Assembly: GCA_963797555.1 (NCBI GenBank) | Contig: CAWCPV010000003.1 | Coordinates: 963,610-1,027,609, forward strand | DNA: 64,000 nt | Direction of reading: 5' to 3' | Source of the DNA: an uncultured Gammaproteobacteria bacterium | Lineage (GTDB): Bacteria > Pseudomonadota > Gammaproteobacteria > CAWCPV01 | Shown: positions 42,114-55,229 of the stretch, piece by piece | How the letters are laid out: every line of letters begins with the position of its first letter | Position numbering within the stretch: position 1 is the first letter of the stretch | Program-made: the position numbers and the translations under genes | Notes under the pieces: generated by a model | Database searches by the model: none | The model's input: only the letters and a program-made list of their open reading frames with translations | What the model was told of the DNA's origin: nothing

Positions 42114-42151
42114 GGTCTGCTCCTCGGTGCTGTCGCGGGTGTTGCCCGAAT

Positions 42152-42182
42152 TGTAGTCACAATAAACCAACCTGTAGCCACA
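42152..42182 (-). promoter_or_regulatory. Candidate TA operator direct repeats
   Basis: TGTGGCTACA-N11-TGTGACTACA upstream of the antitoxin. Confidence 0.45.
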
Positions 42183-42343
42183 TTGCGTCGACTTCGTATG
42201 TCAGGACCGAACGGGTTCCGTCCTGACCTCGATGCCCCTCTGCAGCCTGGTGGAGAAGAGCGCCGGGTCCATCACCGCGATTAGCGCCACTAGCGCGCAC
42301 AGTCCCAGCGTGGAGAGAGCCGACTACAAGCGTAGACTCCCCT

Positions 42344-43390
42344 TCATGACGACGCCCAGCCCGTCATCAGGCAGCGGCGCCGTTCCTCCCGGTCCAGGAC
42401 CTGCGCGCAGGACTCCCAGTCGACCTTCCTTACCGCGTGGTACCTGAGCTTGAACGGATGCTGCTTGGGGACGGCGTCGATGGTCTTCCTGGCGTTCTCA
42501 ATCTCGCCCATGGCAACCTGCACCCAAACGTCTTCCAGGATATCCGGGAGCTGGCCAAACAGCCTGGAGATCTCCTGAAGCCGCTGCGATAGGAGCGCGT
42601 GGACGCGGTCCTCGACCGAGCCCGCGAGCGCATGTTGTAGATATCGACCGTGTCGCGGAGCTGGCCGATGCGCTGGATGCGGCCCTTGCGTTGCTCGAGC
42701 CGCGAGGGGTTCCATGGCAGATCCAGGTTGATGAGTGTGCCGAGCCGCTGCAGGTTGAGGCCCTCGGAGGCTGCATCGGTCCCCAGGATCAAGCGCAGGC
42801 TCCCCCGGCGCACGCGCTCTTTGATTTCGTCCCGCGGACAACGGGAAAATTGCCCCTCGACCAGAGTACCCGACCGCTGGGCTCCGGCGTAGATGCTTAT
42901 CTCCTTCGGAGCGAATTCCGTCGAGAGCTGGTTCGCGAGCCACCAGACCGAGTCGAAGTACTGGGTGAAGACGATGCACCCGAGAATCCAGCCATCCGTG
43001 TGTCTGTGAGTTGGCGGTATACCACCGCAGCCTTGGGGTCGCGCTCCTGGTTCGCTTCGATGGACTTCAAGAGGTGCTCCAGAACTCCCCGCTCCTCTTC
43101 CGTCAGGGTCCGGAGCTGCGCGGTGGTTTCCTCGTCGTCCTCGTCCTCATCGATGTCCTCCCACTCGACCAGAATCTTCTCGACCGTCCGGCGCCCGGCC
43201 TCCATCGTGCTTCCCATGCGGCGCAGCAGAATCGTCCGGAAGAATCCGGCCTTCGCCCGCTGGCCCAGCAGCTCGCAGAACCGCTCCGCGAGGTGATAGG
43301 CTTCCTCCAGGAAGGGGGGAAGCTGGATGGCGTCCTCGGGACTGTCCCCGTAGAGCCTGACGTGCACCGGCTTCAGGTACGGCTCCCCCC
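42344..43390 (-). pseudogene. C-terminal fragment of a SNF2-type helicase with several frameshifts
   Basis: IVFTQYFD, GTDAASEGLNLQ, INLDLPWNPSRLEQRKGRIQRIGQ; N-terminal motifs missing. Confidence 0.85.
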
Positions 43391-43467
43391 CATGGTAGGC
43401 GAGTGGGCGAGCGGGGTCGAGGCCATGCGGCCGAACGCCCGCAAGGGGCTTCCGCCTGACTTGGCGA

Positions 43468-43541
43468 CTATGTCGCGTACGACCTCAATTTACCTCCCTC
43501 GGCGATTGGACCGAAATTCTTGATCTCGACGCTTTCGATCA
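43468..43541 (-). pseudogene. N-terminal stub of a second ABC/AAA ATPase
   Basis: MIESVEIKNFGPI, then breaks off; ATGA overlap with the corrected stop of the upstream gene. Confidence 0.55.
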
Positions 43542-44233
43542 TGCCGTTTCTCCGAAGTGTCCAGCATCCCGATCCTCGCGCAGGTAGACGGTAAACGTCT
43601 TTTCCCCGGCAGACCGAACGCGGACAGCAGCCGTTTGATGTTGTCCCTGATCTGGTTCGCGGACAGATTCGTCTCAGCAAGGACACCGCGGCCGTAATCG
43701 CGCGGTAGTCGCAGATCGGACGCCTGCCGCGAAAAATACTTGTTGCCTTTAGAGCTTACGAACTCCGGATTTGTCGGCAGCGCATCGAACACGGCTGGCT
43801 TCAACGACGCGAGATACCGGCAGAGCGTCTCATGGACCTGCGACCAGGTATTGGTGCCATCGAACGGCACGCCGTTCAGGGTGAAGATCGCTGGCCGCTT
43901 GTAGCGGAAATCTTCGCCCAGGTCGTGCGGCACGCGCCGGTCAAGGGAGCGGATCGACCGCTCGCGCCGTTCCCGCTCCGCGTTCGACTCCGGGGCGCTC
44001 GGAGCCTCGAAGGTCGGGACCTGCGTGAAATCTTCGACTAGGTGCGACAGCCGGCCGGAGACCTCGCGATACTCGCCGACAGCCTTGTTGAACGCAATCT
44101 TGAACGCCGCGCCCTTCTCGACGGCGTCGCTGTCGTTGTGGTCGATATTTAGCCAGATATCGTCCGACAGTGCGAGAAGGTCCTCGCCGACGGCCTCCAA
44201 GTTTGTCAGGATATCCCGGATTCTCTGTCGCAT
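43538..44233 (-). CDS. Hypothetical protein (helical N-terminus, possible SeqA-like DNA-binding C-terminus); frameshift near 43600
   Basis: KRPAIFTLNG...TWSQV...ETNLSANQIRDNIKRLL; the alternative frame ends TFTVYLREDRDAGHFGETA-stop. Confidence 0.7.
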
Positions 44234-45011
44234 GCTCGCATGTCCCGTACCAATACACTGCCTAGGAGTGGACGATCAAACCCTTCCGATCCGAAAGCGA
44301 TGCTTCAGGTCATGAGGTCTGGCCGCGGGGTCAAAGTGGCGCTGAATCCGGTCGCGGTCATCGCGCTTCAAGCGCGCCCAAGTCGAAAAGTCGTTTTGTG
44401 GATACGTGATATCAAAACCTGCTTCGACCACGACACCTAGTATGTCCGTAATCAGGTACCGCGGATGAAAATCCTGCCAGACAAACACCTTGGCCGAGAG
44501 CCCCCAGAGTTCCAGTTGCTTGCTCAGCGGGGCGAAAGCAATACGCCATTCAGATTCGTCTGGGAAAGTCCGGACACGACCATCTCCTCGGCAGAAGCTA
44601 CGATGAAGCTCGATCAATGGAGAAGGCTGTCGTTTGGTGAGCGGCGAGAGTAATTCACCGAACTCTCGATAGTTGGGGCTGCTCGGATCGAGGTTCGGGT
44701 CTATGAACATCAGGGAGTTAGCATGACTTAAGATCCTATCCAAAGCCCGACGGTAGTCATTTATTTTGCGGTCTAGCGTAACCGAGCAACTTCGTGCCTG
44801 CCACCACGAGCAGCTCGTGAGGGTTTCTATAGAAGCTACCAAGGCGTCTGGAAACTGCTGCTTTGTCTGGTAAGCAGCGATGATCCCGGTCAGTGGCGAA
44901 CTGGAATGTCCTCGCAAAGCCTCATCGCACCAGTCCTGAGCCTGGGTAAGCGCCTTTGAGGATTGAAGCGGAAAGCGTCGCAGCCGGTTCCGGGATGCTA
45001 GCTTTCTAAGT

Positions 45012-46676
45012 CCTGGATCCGTGACTTGAATCTCCGAGCGCCCGGGACGCGAGAGAATGGGAGCTATTCTCAGTTGAGTTGGTTAGTTTTTAGCCAACCG
45101 GTGACGCCGGCTATGTACAGCGGGCGTAGACCCTCGTCGGCGCAGGAGTGACGGCGGGGCTTTGAGGCTTGGACGCTGAATTTCGGGCGTAGGTTTACAC
45201 CGGGGTCTGGTGAGGCCCGGGTCGAGTTTCTATGGAGGTCGTCCTAGCTACCCGAAGGCGAGTTGGTAATACACCTGCTCGAAGGCGCGGAAGCCGGGAC
45301 AGAGCCGGCTGAAGCGCAGCTTCAGTCTGCGGGCGGTGGCGACCAACCGGGCGGCGAGGTACATCAGTTCCTGGAGGACGGTCTTGATCCGCCGGCGCTT
45401 GGCCGGATGGCGCAGGGGAGCCGACTCGCCGGTCAGCCCGATGAGCCCGATGAAGCGCAGGATGTTGTAGGCGAACACGGCAAAGGCGAGCACCAGGTCA
45501 TTGGTGTCGAATTTCCCGGAGGGCAGCCGTTCGATATCGAGGTCGGTCTTGAACTCGCTGTGGAACTGCTCGGAGGTGCCGTGGTCACGGTACAGGGCGA
45601 CGATCTCCGCGTCCGGATAGGCGAGCGAGGTCCACCAGCCATCGAGCTCCAGCTCCGGTACCAACAGCGCCTGGCCCTTCTTGTCGATGGTGCGCTCGGT
45701 CACCCGCATCACCCGGCGAACGTGGTAGGTGTGCTCCCGATGGGGGTGCTCCTCGACGACGCTGAACAGCGCCACGCGCTTGCCGGGTCGGGGTGTCTCC
45801 CATGCCCCTTGGCGCTCGGCGCGCTCCAGCCAATGGGCAGGGTCCTCGCCCCGAGGGTTCCACTGGATAATGAAGTCCACCTTCTCTTCGACGTAGCGCA
45901 GCCGGTTCTCCAAGGCGTCGTGGGCGCTGTCCTGGCGCACCAGCAGCGGCAGTTTGGTCAGGCGCCTGGCCCGCGGCAGGATGCGCTCCCAGACCTAGCC
46001 GAATTCCTTCTGACTGTGCTGCTTGCCTTCTCGCAGCTCACAGCCGACGCACCACCCTTCGGTTCCCACGTAGGTCGCGATCGGCGCATAACCGTCATAG
46101 CCGTGGTAGGTGCGCGAGACTCCTTCTTGCTTGGTCCCGGAGTTGTCCATGGGAAAGACATCGATGTCCACCGGCACATGACCGGTCTTGAGCGCACTGA
46201 CCGGTGCCTTGGCGTTGACCATGAACTCGATATCGGCCTCGTCAATGACCTCCCGCAGGACCGCTGCGTGCTCGTCGAGACGCTGCCTCAGCGTTTCTGG
46301 CGAGGGTACCCGCTCCAGCCCCAACGCCTGGCGGAAGAAATCGTCCTCTCGGACGTTGGAGACCGCTTCGAAGTCGCTCTTGCCCAAACACATCAACCCC
46401 AGATAGCTCTTGGCTACGTCTTCATGGGAGATGCCGTGGCGTAGCGGGATCGCCTGCTTCAGCGCCTTGCCCAACCCGCTAAAGCGGTTGACGCAAAGAC
46501 CGACCAAGGCCAGACCAGAATGGGAGGTGTAAAATTCCTCATCGGACTGCTCCAAGATGAACCGCTTCATCGTTCACCTGCCGGGTGAGCTGGAGTGCGG
46601 CCCGATTTTAGCTGAACTGCAATGATAAATCAGCAGGTTGCGGCCATCCGCTGAGACGCGAAGTCACGGAATCAGG
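45012..46676 (-). mobile_element. IS1380-family insertion sequence
   Basis: Inverted ends CCTGGATCCGTGACTT / CCTGATTCCGTGACTT; 5-bp target duplication TAAGT. Confidence 0.95.
45248..46570 (-). pseudogene. IS1380 transposase with an in-frame TAG at 45995
   Basis: YTSHSGL, VDIDVFPMDNS, DSAHD, YRDHGTSEQFHSEFK; both ORF halves are in the same frame. Confidence 0.9.
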
Positions 46677-46870
46677 TAAGTATTTCCTTCGCCAACTTGT
46701 GAAGGCGGCCAGCATTTTCAAGACAGTATCGAGACCATTGCCCATCGGCCAAGTCCCGCACTAACGCTTCTTGATACAGCGCCTCTTTGAGATGGGGTAA
46801 GCACATCTCTATCCGATCCGGATTTGAATAGGCTATTGCGTCGAAGATGTCCGGTACAAGAGCATATTCC

Positions 46871-48637
46871 TCAATCATCGCCGAATTGCTCCCTCAGACC
46901 TTCCTCGAAAAAACCGCCCGGCCATGCCTTGACCAATTCGCCAAGCTCGTTGAGGGGCATTGGTCTCGCGATGGTTCGCTCCCCTACCCGTTCCACGAAC
47001 AGGATCGAGACATCTGCGGGAGAAACCCTCAATGAACCGGTCTGCTTTCCCAAATATGTTTCCCTCATCCGTCGCATAATGCGTAGAACCAAATGCTCGC
47101 TGTGAGTCTCCACCAAAAACATCATGCCGGGATTGGCCATGGATTGACTGATGAAGAGATCCCCAAGCACTACCTGGAAGGCAGGATGGATGTTGGATTC
47201 GGGCTCCTCAATGGCGACGACGCCGGTCTTGTTGTGCAAAGCGGCGACGATGACCGGGATGACTTGGGAGATGCCGACGCCGAGGTCCTGCGGGAATAGC
47301 CTGACGCTGTTGCGCAGCAGGCCCCGGATCTGCAGGCCCCGGCCTTCGGGAAGATTGCGGAGTTGCCCACGGACCCAGTCCAAATCGAGATCACGCGGCG
47401 GTTCCCCGGCGCTAAGGGCAGCCAGAAGTGGGCTGTCGATCTCCAGTTCCCGGTAATGGCGGACCTCGATCTCGTAGCCCGCGTCGAACCTGTCTTTTCC
47501 GGTCAGCCACTCGTTGACACCAGCCGCAAAGGACTTGTCTTTGAGCATCAGCCAGTCCCAAGCCGCCAGCCCGCTGGCCCAGCGGCGGGACTCCGGCGAG
47601 TGCGCGGGTTGGTAATGGCGCGGCGGCATCTCGCGGAACGGGCTCAGGTAAATGGACTCTGCCAGGGCCTCCAGTAGACGCTCGCCGGGACCCGTGATCA
47701 GGCAGGTCAGAAGACCCCTTAGGTACTCCTGGGCATAACGCGGATACTCCCAGTGTTCGTTTTGCTCGTCGGGAGACCATATCTTCGGATCTAGGTCCAG
47801 AGACCGCCCCCACTCCGGCAGAGCGGACTTCAAGCTCAAGGGGACGTGCCCCTCGTAGTCCGGACTCGGGATAAAGTCGTGGTTGATCAGCGCCTTGAAG
47901 ATTTCCAGAAACCAGCTATCTATCTCCTCAATCTCGCCGGTCTCCGGTGTCGATTCGACGGGCGACTCTTTGTCCCTGGCCTCCCCACTGGGGACATGAC
48001 GATCTACCGGCGGCCGTATTCGAATGGTGAGGCGCGGTACCCGCAGGATCTGAGTGAAAGGGTCGGAGCCAAAGTCGAAGTAGGACAGGAACGCCCGCTC
48101 GGTGTCTTCCGAGGTATCGATCACCGCATAGGCATTGGCATTCGTTCCTTTGCCCACCCGATACGCCTTGACTCGGGACCGGTTCAGCGACACGCTCCAA
48201 CCTATTTCGACCTCTACCCAAACACGGGGTAAGCCTTTTGCCACCTCGCTACAGTCGGGCGTGCGCAGCTCCGGGGATAACGGAAATTTATAATCCATCA
48301 TACTTTCCAACTGGCTGTCTCTTACCCACTCCGAGTAGTCGGGCAGCCCCGTTTGAGACACATCCAGCTCGAACCGCATCCGGATAGTCAAGTCACGGTT
48401 GTGACCGTGTACCAAGTTGATGAAGCCCCCCAGATCGATAACGTCGCCGCCCAGTTGGGTGCGCCCCGCATCGGTGTTGTTGCGCTCCAAGACCTCCCGC
48501 GCATAGATCAGGGCCTGGACAATGGTGCTCTTGCCGGCGTTGTTGGGTCCGAAGAGCAGGGTCACGGGCGCGAACTCGACCCGCACCGGCTCGCGGATGC
48601 CTTTGAAGTTTTCGAGGGTGAGCGCCTTAAGGATCAT
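46871..48637 (-). CDS. ABC-type AAA ATPase with a C-terminal DUF3696-like tail
   Basis: LENFKG, GPNNAGKS, LGVGISQ, IEEPESNIHP, ETHSEH, terminal WPGGFFEE. Confidence 0.9.
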   Translation of the reverse strand: MILKALTLENFKGIREPVRVEFAPVTLLFGPNNAGKSTIVQALIYAREVLERNNTDAGRTQLGGDVIDLGGFINLVHGHNRDLTIRMRFELDVSQTGLPDYSEWVRDSQLESMMDYKFPLSPELRTPDCSEVAKGLPRVWVEVEIGWSVSLNRSRVKAYRVGKGTNANAYAVIDTSEDTERAFLSYFDFGSDPFTQILRVPRLTIRIRPPVDRHVPSGEARDKESPVESTPETGEIEEIDSWFLEIFKALINHDFIPSPDYEGHVPLSLKSALPEWGRSLDLDPKIWSPDEQNEHWEYPRYAQEYLRGLLTCLITGPGERLLEALAESIYLSPFREMPPRHYQPAHSPESRRWASGLAAWDWLMLKDKSFAAGVNEWLTGKDRFDAGYEIEVRHYRELEIDSPLLAALSAGEPPRDLDLDWVRGQLRNLPEGRGLQIRGLLRNSVRLFPQDLGVGISQVIPVIVAALHNKTGVVAIEEPESNIHPAFQVVLGDLFISQSMANPGMMFLVETHSEHLVLRIMRRMRETYLGKQTGSLRVSPADVSILFVERVGERTIARPMPLNELGELVKAWPGGFFEEGLREQFGDD

Positions 48638-48721
48638 CGGATTATCCTTGCTTCGATATCGGATTGGTGCGCTGAGCACGGGTTCCTGGTGAATCGCTGT
48701 CGCGGCTATTGAGCATGGTTG

Positions 48722-48737
48722 AGCACAAGCCGTGCCA
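48722..48737 (-). promoter_or_regulatory. Sigma54 -24/-12 promoter of the ATPase operon
   Basis: TGGCACGGCTTGTGCT (GG-N10-GC) starts right after the activator's TGA stop. Confidence 0.75.
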
Positions 48738-50250
<1,513 letters not shown>

Positions 50251-50315
50251 GACGGGGAATCATAAGGGGTCATGCGGGAATGGAAGGATTTATGACACTT
50301 GCTCGGGCCCCTCCG

Positions 50316-50494
50316 AGCACCCAGGAGCAGACCCATGACCGAGGCACACGTCAGCATCCGCGAGCTGAGAAGCCGACTGAGTCATCACCGATCGGGCCAT
50401 GCGAACGCACTCGTACGCGCGTAGATGGGGTCCGCGCCGGGCGGGCCCGTTACCGCGGGGCACTGTACCAACCTGTCGCCACATTGGCATCGAC
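50316..50494. repeat. Scrambled partial copies of the antitoxin start (inverted) and its promoter (direct)
   Basis: ATGACCGAGGCACACGTCAGCATCCGCGAGCTGAGAAGCCGACTGAGTCA mirrors about 42064-42113; ACCAACCTGTCGCCACATTG at 50467 matches 42166. Confidence 0.8.
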
Positions 50495-50534
50495 GTTCTC
50501 AAGGGCTCCTCATGGCCGGGTTCGCGCAGAGGCT

Positions 50535-51779
50535 TCAATCCCCCAGTCCCCCCGCCCCTAGTCCAGAGAGGGCTCCAAGCGTTGAGCGCGAACCGTCAGG
50601 CACATCGGTCTGCTCGGCCGCAACATCCCCATAACCGGTCAGCTCGACGTAGCCGGCGCCCCGGACAGGCATGCCGCCGCTGCTTCCCCTCACCCGCACC
50701 GCGCCTTCCCAGTAACGGACCGACAGGTTTAGCTCCTGGTCGGGGAGATAGGGGGTGATCTCCAGATCCAGTCCCTCCTCGGGGACGGAGAGCCGCCAGC
50801 GGGCCGGATAGCGCACCCCGCTCGGGCTGCGCCAGCGGTCCAGTACCTCGATACGCACGTCCGCCCGGGAAAGGCGGTGCACCGTTTCGTCCTGGTCGAC
50901 CACGCTGCCCGCGCTCCAGGGGTCGGTACTGCCATCCCGGCGCCTCAGCCGGTAAAACATGAGGTCCCGGCCGTCGGAGAGCTGCAGGGCGAACCAGTCC
51001 CAGCCTACCTGATCCGCGGCCAGGGCGCTGCTGCCCCACTCCCGGTCCATCCAGCTCAGGCCGCTCACTCGGAAGGTCTCCTCTCCCAGCCGCAGGCTCC
51101 CGGTCGTGGGCATCCGGGTCATGGAATAGTAGTACGAGGCATTGCCGGGCTGCGCGCTCTTCTGGCTCAGGCCGCGCTCGCCCTGCAGCACCGGAGCCTT
51201 GGCGCTGTTCAGGGCGAGGTGGATTCCGAACCCGTCCTCGGCGGCTTGGAGGCGCATGGGCAAGGCATCGGGTCCGCTTCCCTCAATGGACCAATCCTCG
51301 ACCCAGACCCTGAACGGCGAGGCCTGTGCGCCGGCCAGACCCAGGGCGCCGCGCGCGAAGCGTTCGAAGGCCCGGAAGGACCGTGCAGCCACGTCCGAGA
51401 CGGCGAAGTGGGCCATATACACCGCGTCGGCGGCCCAGTGCGATGCGCGAGGGATGGGGCTGGGCGACAGAGCGACGCGGAAGATGGTCAGCTCATAGCC
51501 GAAATGTCTGCCTTGCGCGGTGTCGAGGTTGCCGGTGAAGTACCACCACTCGGTGCGGTAGCCGGGGTGGGGACCGTGGTCCCGGGGGAAGGAGAAAGTG
51601 CGGGGGGCGAGCGCCCTCGCGAATCCCGCCGAGTCGCCACGCCACGCCCCGGCCACCGTGAGCGTCGCCCGCGGGGGCCTGGGCGCATGCGGCCGCAGCA
51701 GCAGGTACGCCAAGCCGGCCGTCGCCGCAGCCCCCAAGAGTGCGGCGGCCAGTGCCACAACGACCCCGCGGCGCCGCAC
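50535..51779 (-). CDS. AttH/CrtC-like lipocalin-domain protein
   Basis: FPRDHGPHP..RTEWWY, SYYYS, WMDREW, GWDWFALQL, YWEG. Confidence 0.9.
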   Translation of the reverse strand: MRRRGVVVALAAALLGAAATAGLAYLLLRPHAPRPPRATLTVAGAWRGDSAGFARALAPRTFSFPRDHGPHPGYRTEWWYFTGNLDTAQGRHFGYELTIFRVALSPSPIPRASHWAADAVYMAHFAVSDVAARSFRAFERFARGALGLAGAQASPFRVWVEDWSIEGSGPDALPMRLQAAEDGFGIHLALNSAKAPVLQGERGLSQKSAQPGNASYYYSMTRMPTTGSLRLGEETFRVSGLSWMDREWGSSALAADQVGWDWFALQLSDGRDLMFYRLRRRDGSTDPWSAGSVVDQDETVHRLSRADVRIEVLDRWRSPSGVRYPARWRLSVPEEGLDLEITPYLPDQELNLSVRYWEGAVRVRGSSGGMPVRGAGYVELTGYGDVAAEQTDVPDGSRSTLGALSGLGAGGLGD

Positions 51780-51785
51780 CTGCGT

Positions 51786-54350
51786 CTACTCCTCCCGCAA
51801 CGCTTCCGCTGGAGAGCCGCGAGCCATCCTAACGGCGGGATAGAGCCCTGCCAAGCCGGCCGCTATCAGGGCGATCGACAAGCCCTGAAGAATGACTTCG
51901 GGAGCGAGCTGCATCTCCAGCGTCCAGCCGAAGGACCGGCGGTTGATGACGAGGATCAGCACCAGCGCCATGGCCACCCCCAGGGGCGCGGCAAGAATAC
52001 CGGCCACGAGTCCCATGAGCCCGGTCTGGGAGCTGACCAGCCCCCACACCTGGGCGGGCGTCATGCCGATAGCGCGCAGTATCCCGACCTCGCGCGCCCG
52101 CTCGAGCTGCAGGGCCATGAGGGCGCTGAACACCCCCACGAACGCCACGAGGGCGGCCAACAGGCGCAGCACCTGGGTGATGGTGAAGGTGCGGTCGAAG
52201 ATCTGCAGGGACAGCTCCCGGACCGCCCGATTGGATCGGATGTCCACGTCCTGAATGCCGACGGCGAGGCGGTACAGCGCCTGCTCGAGGTGTCGGAGAT
52301 CGGTCCCCGGAGCGGCGTAGATGCCCATGCCCGAGACGCCCGGGTCGTCCCAGAACCGTTCGTAGGTCCGACGGCTCAGGGTCACCACACCCTGGTCCGT
52401 GCCATAGGCATAGTAGACTCCGGCCACTGGAAACGTGCGCTCGCCCCGGTCGGTGCGCAGGCGCAGACTCGAACCGGCATGCAGCCCGTGGCGGTAGGCA
52501 TAGGATTCCGACACGATCACTGCGTTCTGCCGTTGGAACGCCGACCAACTGCGCTGCACGGAGCCTTCCTTGAAACGGAAGGCCCGATACGCTGGGGGCC
52601 CCATAGCGAGGGCGACGATTCGAACCCAGCCGTCGGCAGTCTGCAGGTCGACGCTGCGCGAGGTCGTGAAGCCCGCCACACCGGGCGCTGCCGCCAGGCG
52701 GCGGATCAACTCGGGCTTCAGACCCCGGTGGTCGTCGGCAACCTCTCCGCCCGGGGACACGTACAGGTCTGCGCGCAGCGTATGCTCCAGCCAGTGGGCC
52801 ACGGTGTCGCGGAAGCTCCCGATCATGATCCCCACCCCGACCGTAGCGGAGACCGCGACGGCTAAGGCCGCGACGGCCACCCCGGTCCGGCTGAGGGAGG
52901 CGACGACACCGCGCGCCGCCAGCCGCCCCAGGACGCCGAAGCTCCAGCCGAGAGCCGGCTGCAGCAGCCCCATCGCGGCCACGGTGACGCCGGGTGCCAG
53001 GAGCCCGCTGCCGACGACGATGGCGAGCAAGCCCATGTGGCCCAGGACGATACTGCGGCTGGGTATCGCCAGGAGCCCCGCTCCGAGCGCCAGGGCCAGC
53101 ATACCGAGCAGGGTCATGCGCGGCAGCTTGCGGCGCGCTCGGGACTCCGCCGTGGAGCGCAGCGTGGCCACCCGCGGCGGTGCGTGCGCCGCCTCCCACG
53201 CTGGCCCCACGGCCGCCAGCAGCGTCGCCCCGAGCCCGAGGAGGACGCCTCTGGCGAGCCTCATGGGCATCAGCGCCACCTCCCGGACGCTCAGCAGGAA
53301 GTACAGGTCGTTGATGGTCCGGCTCACGAGCCGCAGCAGCTCCCCGGCCAGCAGGACCCCGAGCAGCAAACCGCCCGCGCTGCCCAAGACACCCAGGACC
53401 AGGGCTTCGGTCAACACCTGCGCCAGAACCTGCCCGCGCGTCACCCCCACGCAGCGCAGCGTCCCGATGAGGGTGCGGCGCTGCACCACCGCGAAGGTCA
53501 TGGTGTTGTAGATCAGGAACATGCCTATGACCAGCGACAGCAGGCTGAGGGCGGTGAGGTTGTAGCTGAAGGCCTGGGTCATCTGGCCCAAGGCCTGTCC
53601 CCGCGAGGCTGTCGGCACGATCTCGGCCCCCGGCGGCAGGACGGCGCGCACCTTTGCCAGCTCAGCCTGCTCGGCGGGACCGGTGGGGACGATGAGGTCG
53701 ATGCGGCTCAGGCGGCCCTCCATTTGCAGCAGTTCCTGCGCCGTCGCGATGTCGGCCAGCACCACGTTGTCCAGGCGTCGGCGACTCATCTCGTCCGCGG
53801 GGTCCAGCACACCCACCAGCGTCACGCGGCGCACCTCGCTCCCCGCGCGCAAGGTGAAGCCGGCGCCGGGCTTGAGACCCAGGTCGCGCGCGAGCTGCGC
53901 GGACATCACGACGGCGCCGGGATGGGTGAGAAACGCCCCGAGATCGACGCCCCGCGCGCCGGATACCGGACCCAGATAGCCCCGGAACGGCGCCTCGGCG
54001 AATGGATCGACGCCCAGCAGGGTCAGCACCCTCCCGGACGGTTTCCCATCGCCGCGCATGGGCGCGAGATAGCCCTGCACGACAGGCGCGGAGCTGCGCT
54101 CACGAAGGTCGACCCGCAGCGTCCGGTACAGCCGCTCGGGCAAACCTGCCGGTCCACCGACGATCTGGTGGGTAGCCCGCCCGGCCACGGTCTCCACCGA
54201 CAGGGTCAGAGCACGCTGAGCGCTGGCCGTCGCCAGGTCGACCGAGACCACCACCGCGACGCCGAGCGCGATGCCGAGCGCCGCCAGCGCCCCCTGCGCG
54301 GGGTGATGCAGCAGGTAACGCAAGCTCGAGCGGCGGAGGGCGGAGATCAT
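51786..54350 (-). CDS. FtsX-like ABC transporter permease (AttF/G-like)
   Basis: Two FtsX repeats; [16 protein letters not shown]. Confidence 0.9.
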   Translation of the reverse strand: MISALRRSSLRYLLHHPAQGALAALGIALGVAVVVSVDLATASAQRALTLSVETVAGRATHQIVGGPAGLPERLYRTLRVDLRERSSAPVVQGYLAPMRGDGKPSGRVLTLLGVDPFAEAPFRGYLGPVSGARGVDLGAFLTHPGAVVMSAQLARDLGLKPGAGFTLRAGSEVRRVTLVGVLDPADEMSRRRLDNVVLADIATAQELLQMEGRLSRIDLIVPTGPAEQAELAKVRAVLPPGAEIVPTASRGQALGQMTQAFSYNLTALSLLSLVIGMFLIYNTMTFAVVQRRTLIGTLRCVGVTRGQVLAQVLTEALVLGVLGSAGGLLLGVLLAGELLRLVSRTINDLYFLLSVREVALMPMRLARGVLLGLGATLLAAVGPAWEAAHAPPRVATLRSTAESRARRKLPRMTLLGMLALALGAGLLAIPSRSIVLGHMGLLAIVVGSGLLAPGVTVAAMGLLQPALGWSFGVLGRLAARGVVASLSRTGVAVAALAVAVSATVGVGIMIGSFRDTVAHWLEHTLRADLYVSPGGEVADDHRGLKPELIRRLAAAPGVAGFTTSRSVDLQTADGWVRIVALAMGPPAYRAFRFKEGSVQRSWSAFQRQNAVIVSESYAYRHGLHAGSSLRLRTDRGERTFPVAGVYYAYGTDQGVVTLSRRTYERFWDDPGVSGMGIYAAPGTDLRHLEQALYRLAVGIQDVDIRSNRAVRELSLQIFDRTFTITQVLRLLAALVAFVGVFSALMALQLERAREVGILRAIGMTPAQVWGLVSSQTGLMGLVAGILAAPLGVAMALVLILVINRRSFGWTLEMQLAPEVILQGLSIALIAAGLAGLYPAVRMARGSPAEALREE

Positions 54351-55138
54351 GCCTCGTCTCCCGCCCGCGACGGCGCCGCGGCGGTATCGCCCTCGACCAG
54401 CCGCCCCGCGTGGACCGTCAAAATGCGGTCGGCACGGCCGATGACCTCCGGGCTGTGGGTGACCATCAGCAGGGTCTTGCCGGCCCGGCGGGTGAGTGTG
54501 TCCAGCAAGTCCAGTACCTGACGACCGGTCTCCAGGTCCAGGTTTCCCGTCGGCTCGTCTGCCAGCACGAGGTCCGGGTCGTGGACCAGCGCCCGCGCGA
54601 CCGCCACCCGCTGCTGCTCGCCGCCGGACAGGCGGTCGGGAAAGCTGTCGGCGCGGTCTGCGAGACCGACCTGTTCCAGCAGTCTCAGAGCCCCTTGGCG
54701 CGCCTGCGGCCCGGACCGCCCGGTCAGCTCCAGGGGCAGCATCAGGTTCTCCAGGGCCGTCAGCGTCGGAATCAGGTTGAAGAACTGGAACACGAAGCCG
54801 ACGTGGCGGCGGCGGAACAGGGTCCGCTCCCGCTCGGAGAGTCGCCCAAGGGAAATGCCGGCGACACGGATCTCCCCGGAGGTCGGCAGGTCGATACCGC
54901 CCAGAAGGTTGAGCAGCGTGGACTTACCCGAGCCGCTCCGGCCTAACAGCACCACCAGTTCACCGGCGGCCACCCGGAGATCGAGCCCATGCAGCACGGG
55001 ATGCTCGCGCCCGCCCTCCCGGTAGACTTTGGCGAGTCCACGCACCTGGATGAGTGCCTGCGAGGAGCCGCTGGCCGGATCGGAGGGGAGCATGGACGAG
55101 GCTCGCAGGCGGAGCGGTTCGCGCTCCTCGAATTCCAT
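54347..55138 (-). CDS. ABC transporter ATP-binding protein (LolD/MacB-like); start uncertain
   Basis: [25 protein letters not shown]. Confidence 0.92.
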   Translation of the reverse strand: MEFEEREPLRLRASSMLPSDPASGSSQALIQVRGLAKVYREGGREHPVLHGLDLRVAAGELVVLLGRSGSGKSTLLNLLGGIDLPTSGEIRVAGISLGRLSERERTLFRRRHVGFVFQFFNLIPTLTALENLMLPLELTGRSGPQARQGALRLLEQVGLADRADSFPDRLSGGEQQRVAVARALVHDPDLVLADEPTGNLDLETGRQVLDLLDTLTRRAGKTLLMVTHSPEVIGRADRILTVHAGRLVEGDTAAAPSRAGDEA

Positions 55139-55229
55139 CGGGAAGTAAGGGCGCCCGGGGCGAACCGCGGCGCCGCCTGCGCCGTCGGCTCGGGCTCAGG
55201 GCAGCGCGCTGACCCCGGCCACTGCGGAG

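Larger units (their letters stand above)
44276..46878 (-). pseudogene. 310-aa gene with a PLD-like C-terminal motif, interrupted by IS1380
   Basis: Removing the IS and one TAAGT joins 46878..46677 to 45006..44276 in frame (AKEIL/RKLASRN); C-terminus has FIDPNL and FHPRYLITD. Confidence 0.85.

Noticed and set aside
42200-42227. Hairpin GTCAGGAC...GTCCTGAC as a REP element
   Set aside because: Single copy in the window with no RAYT gene; cannot be told apart from a terminator.
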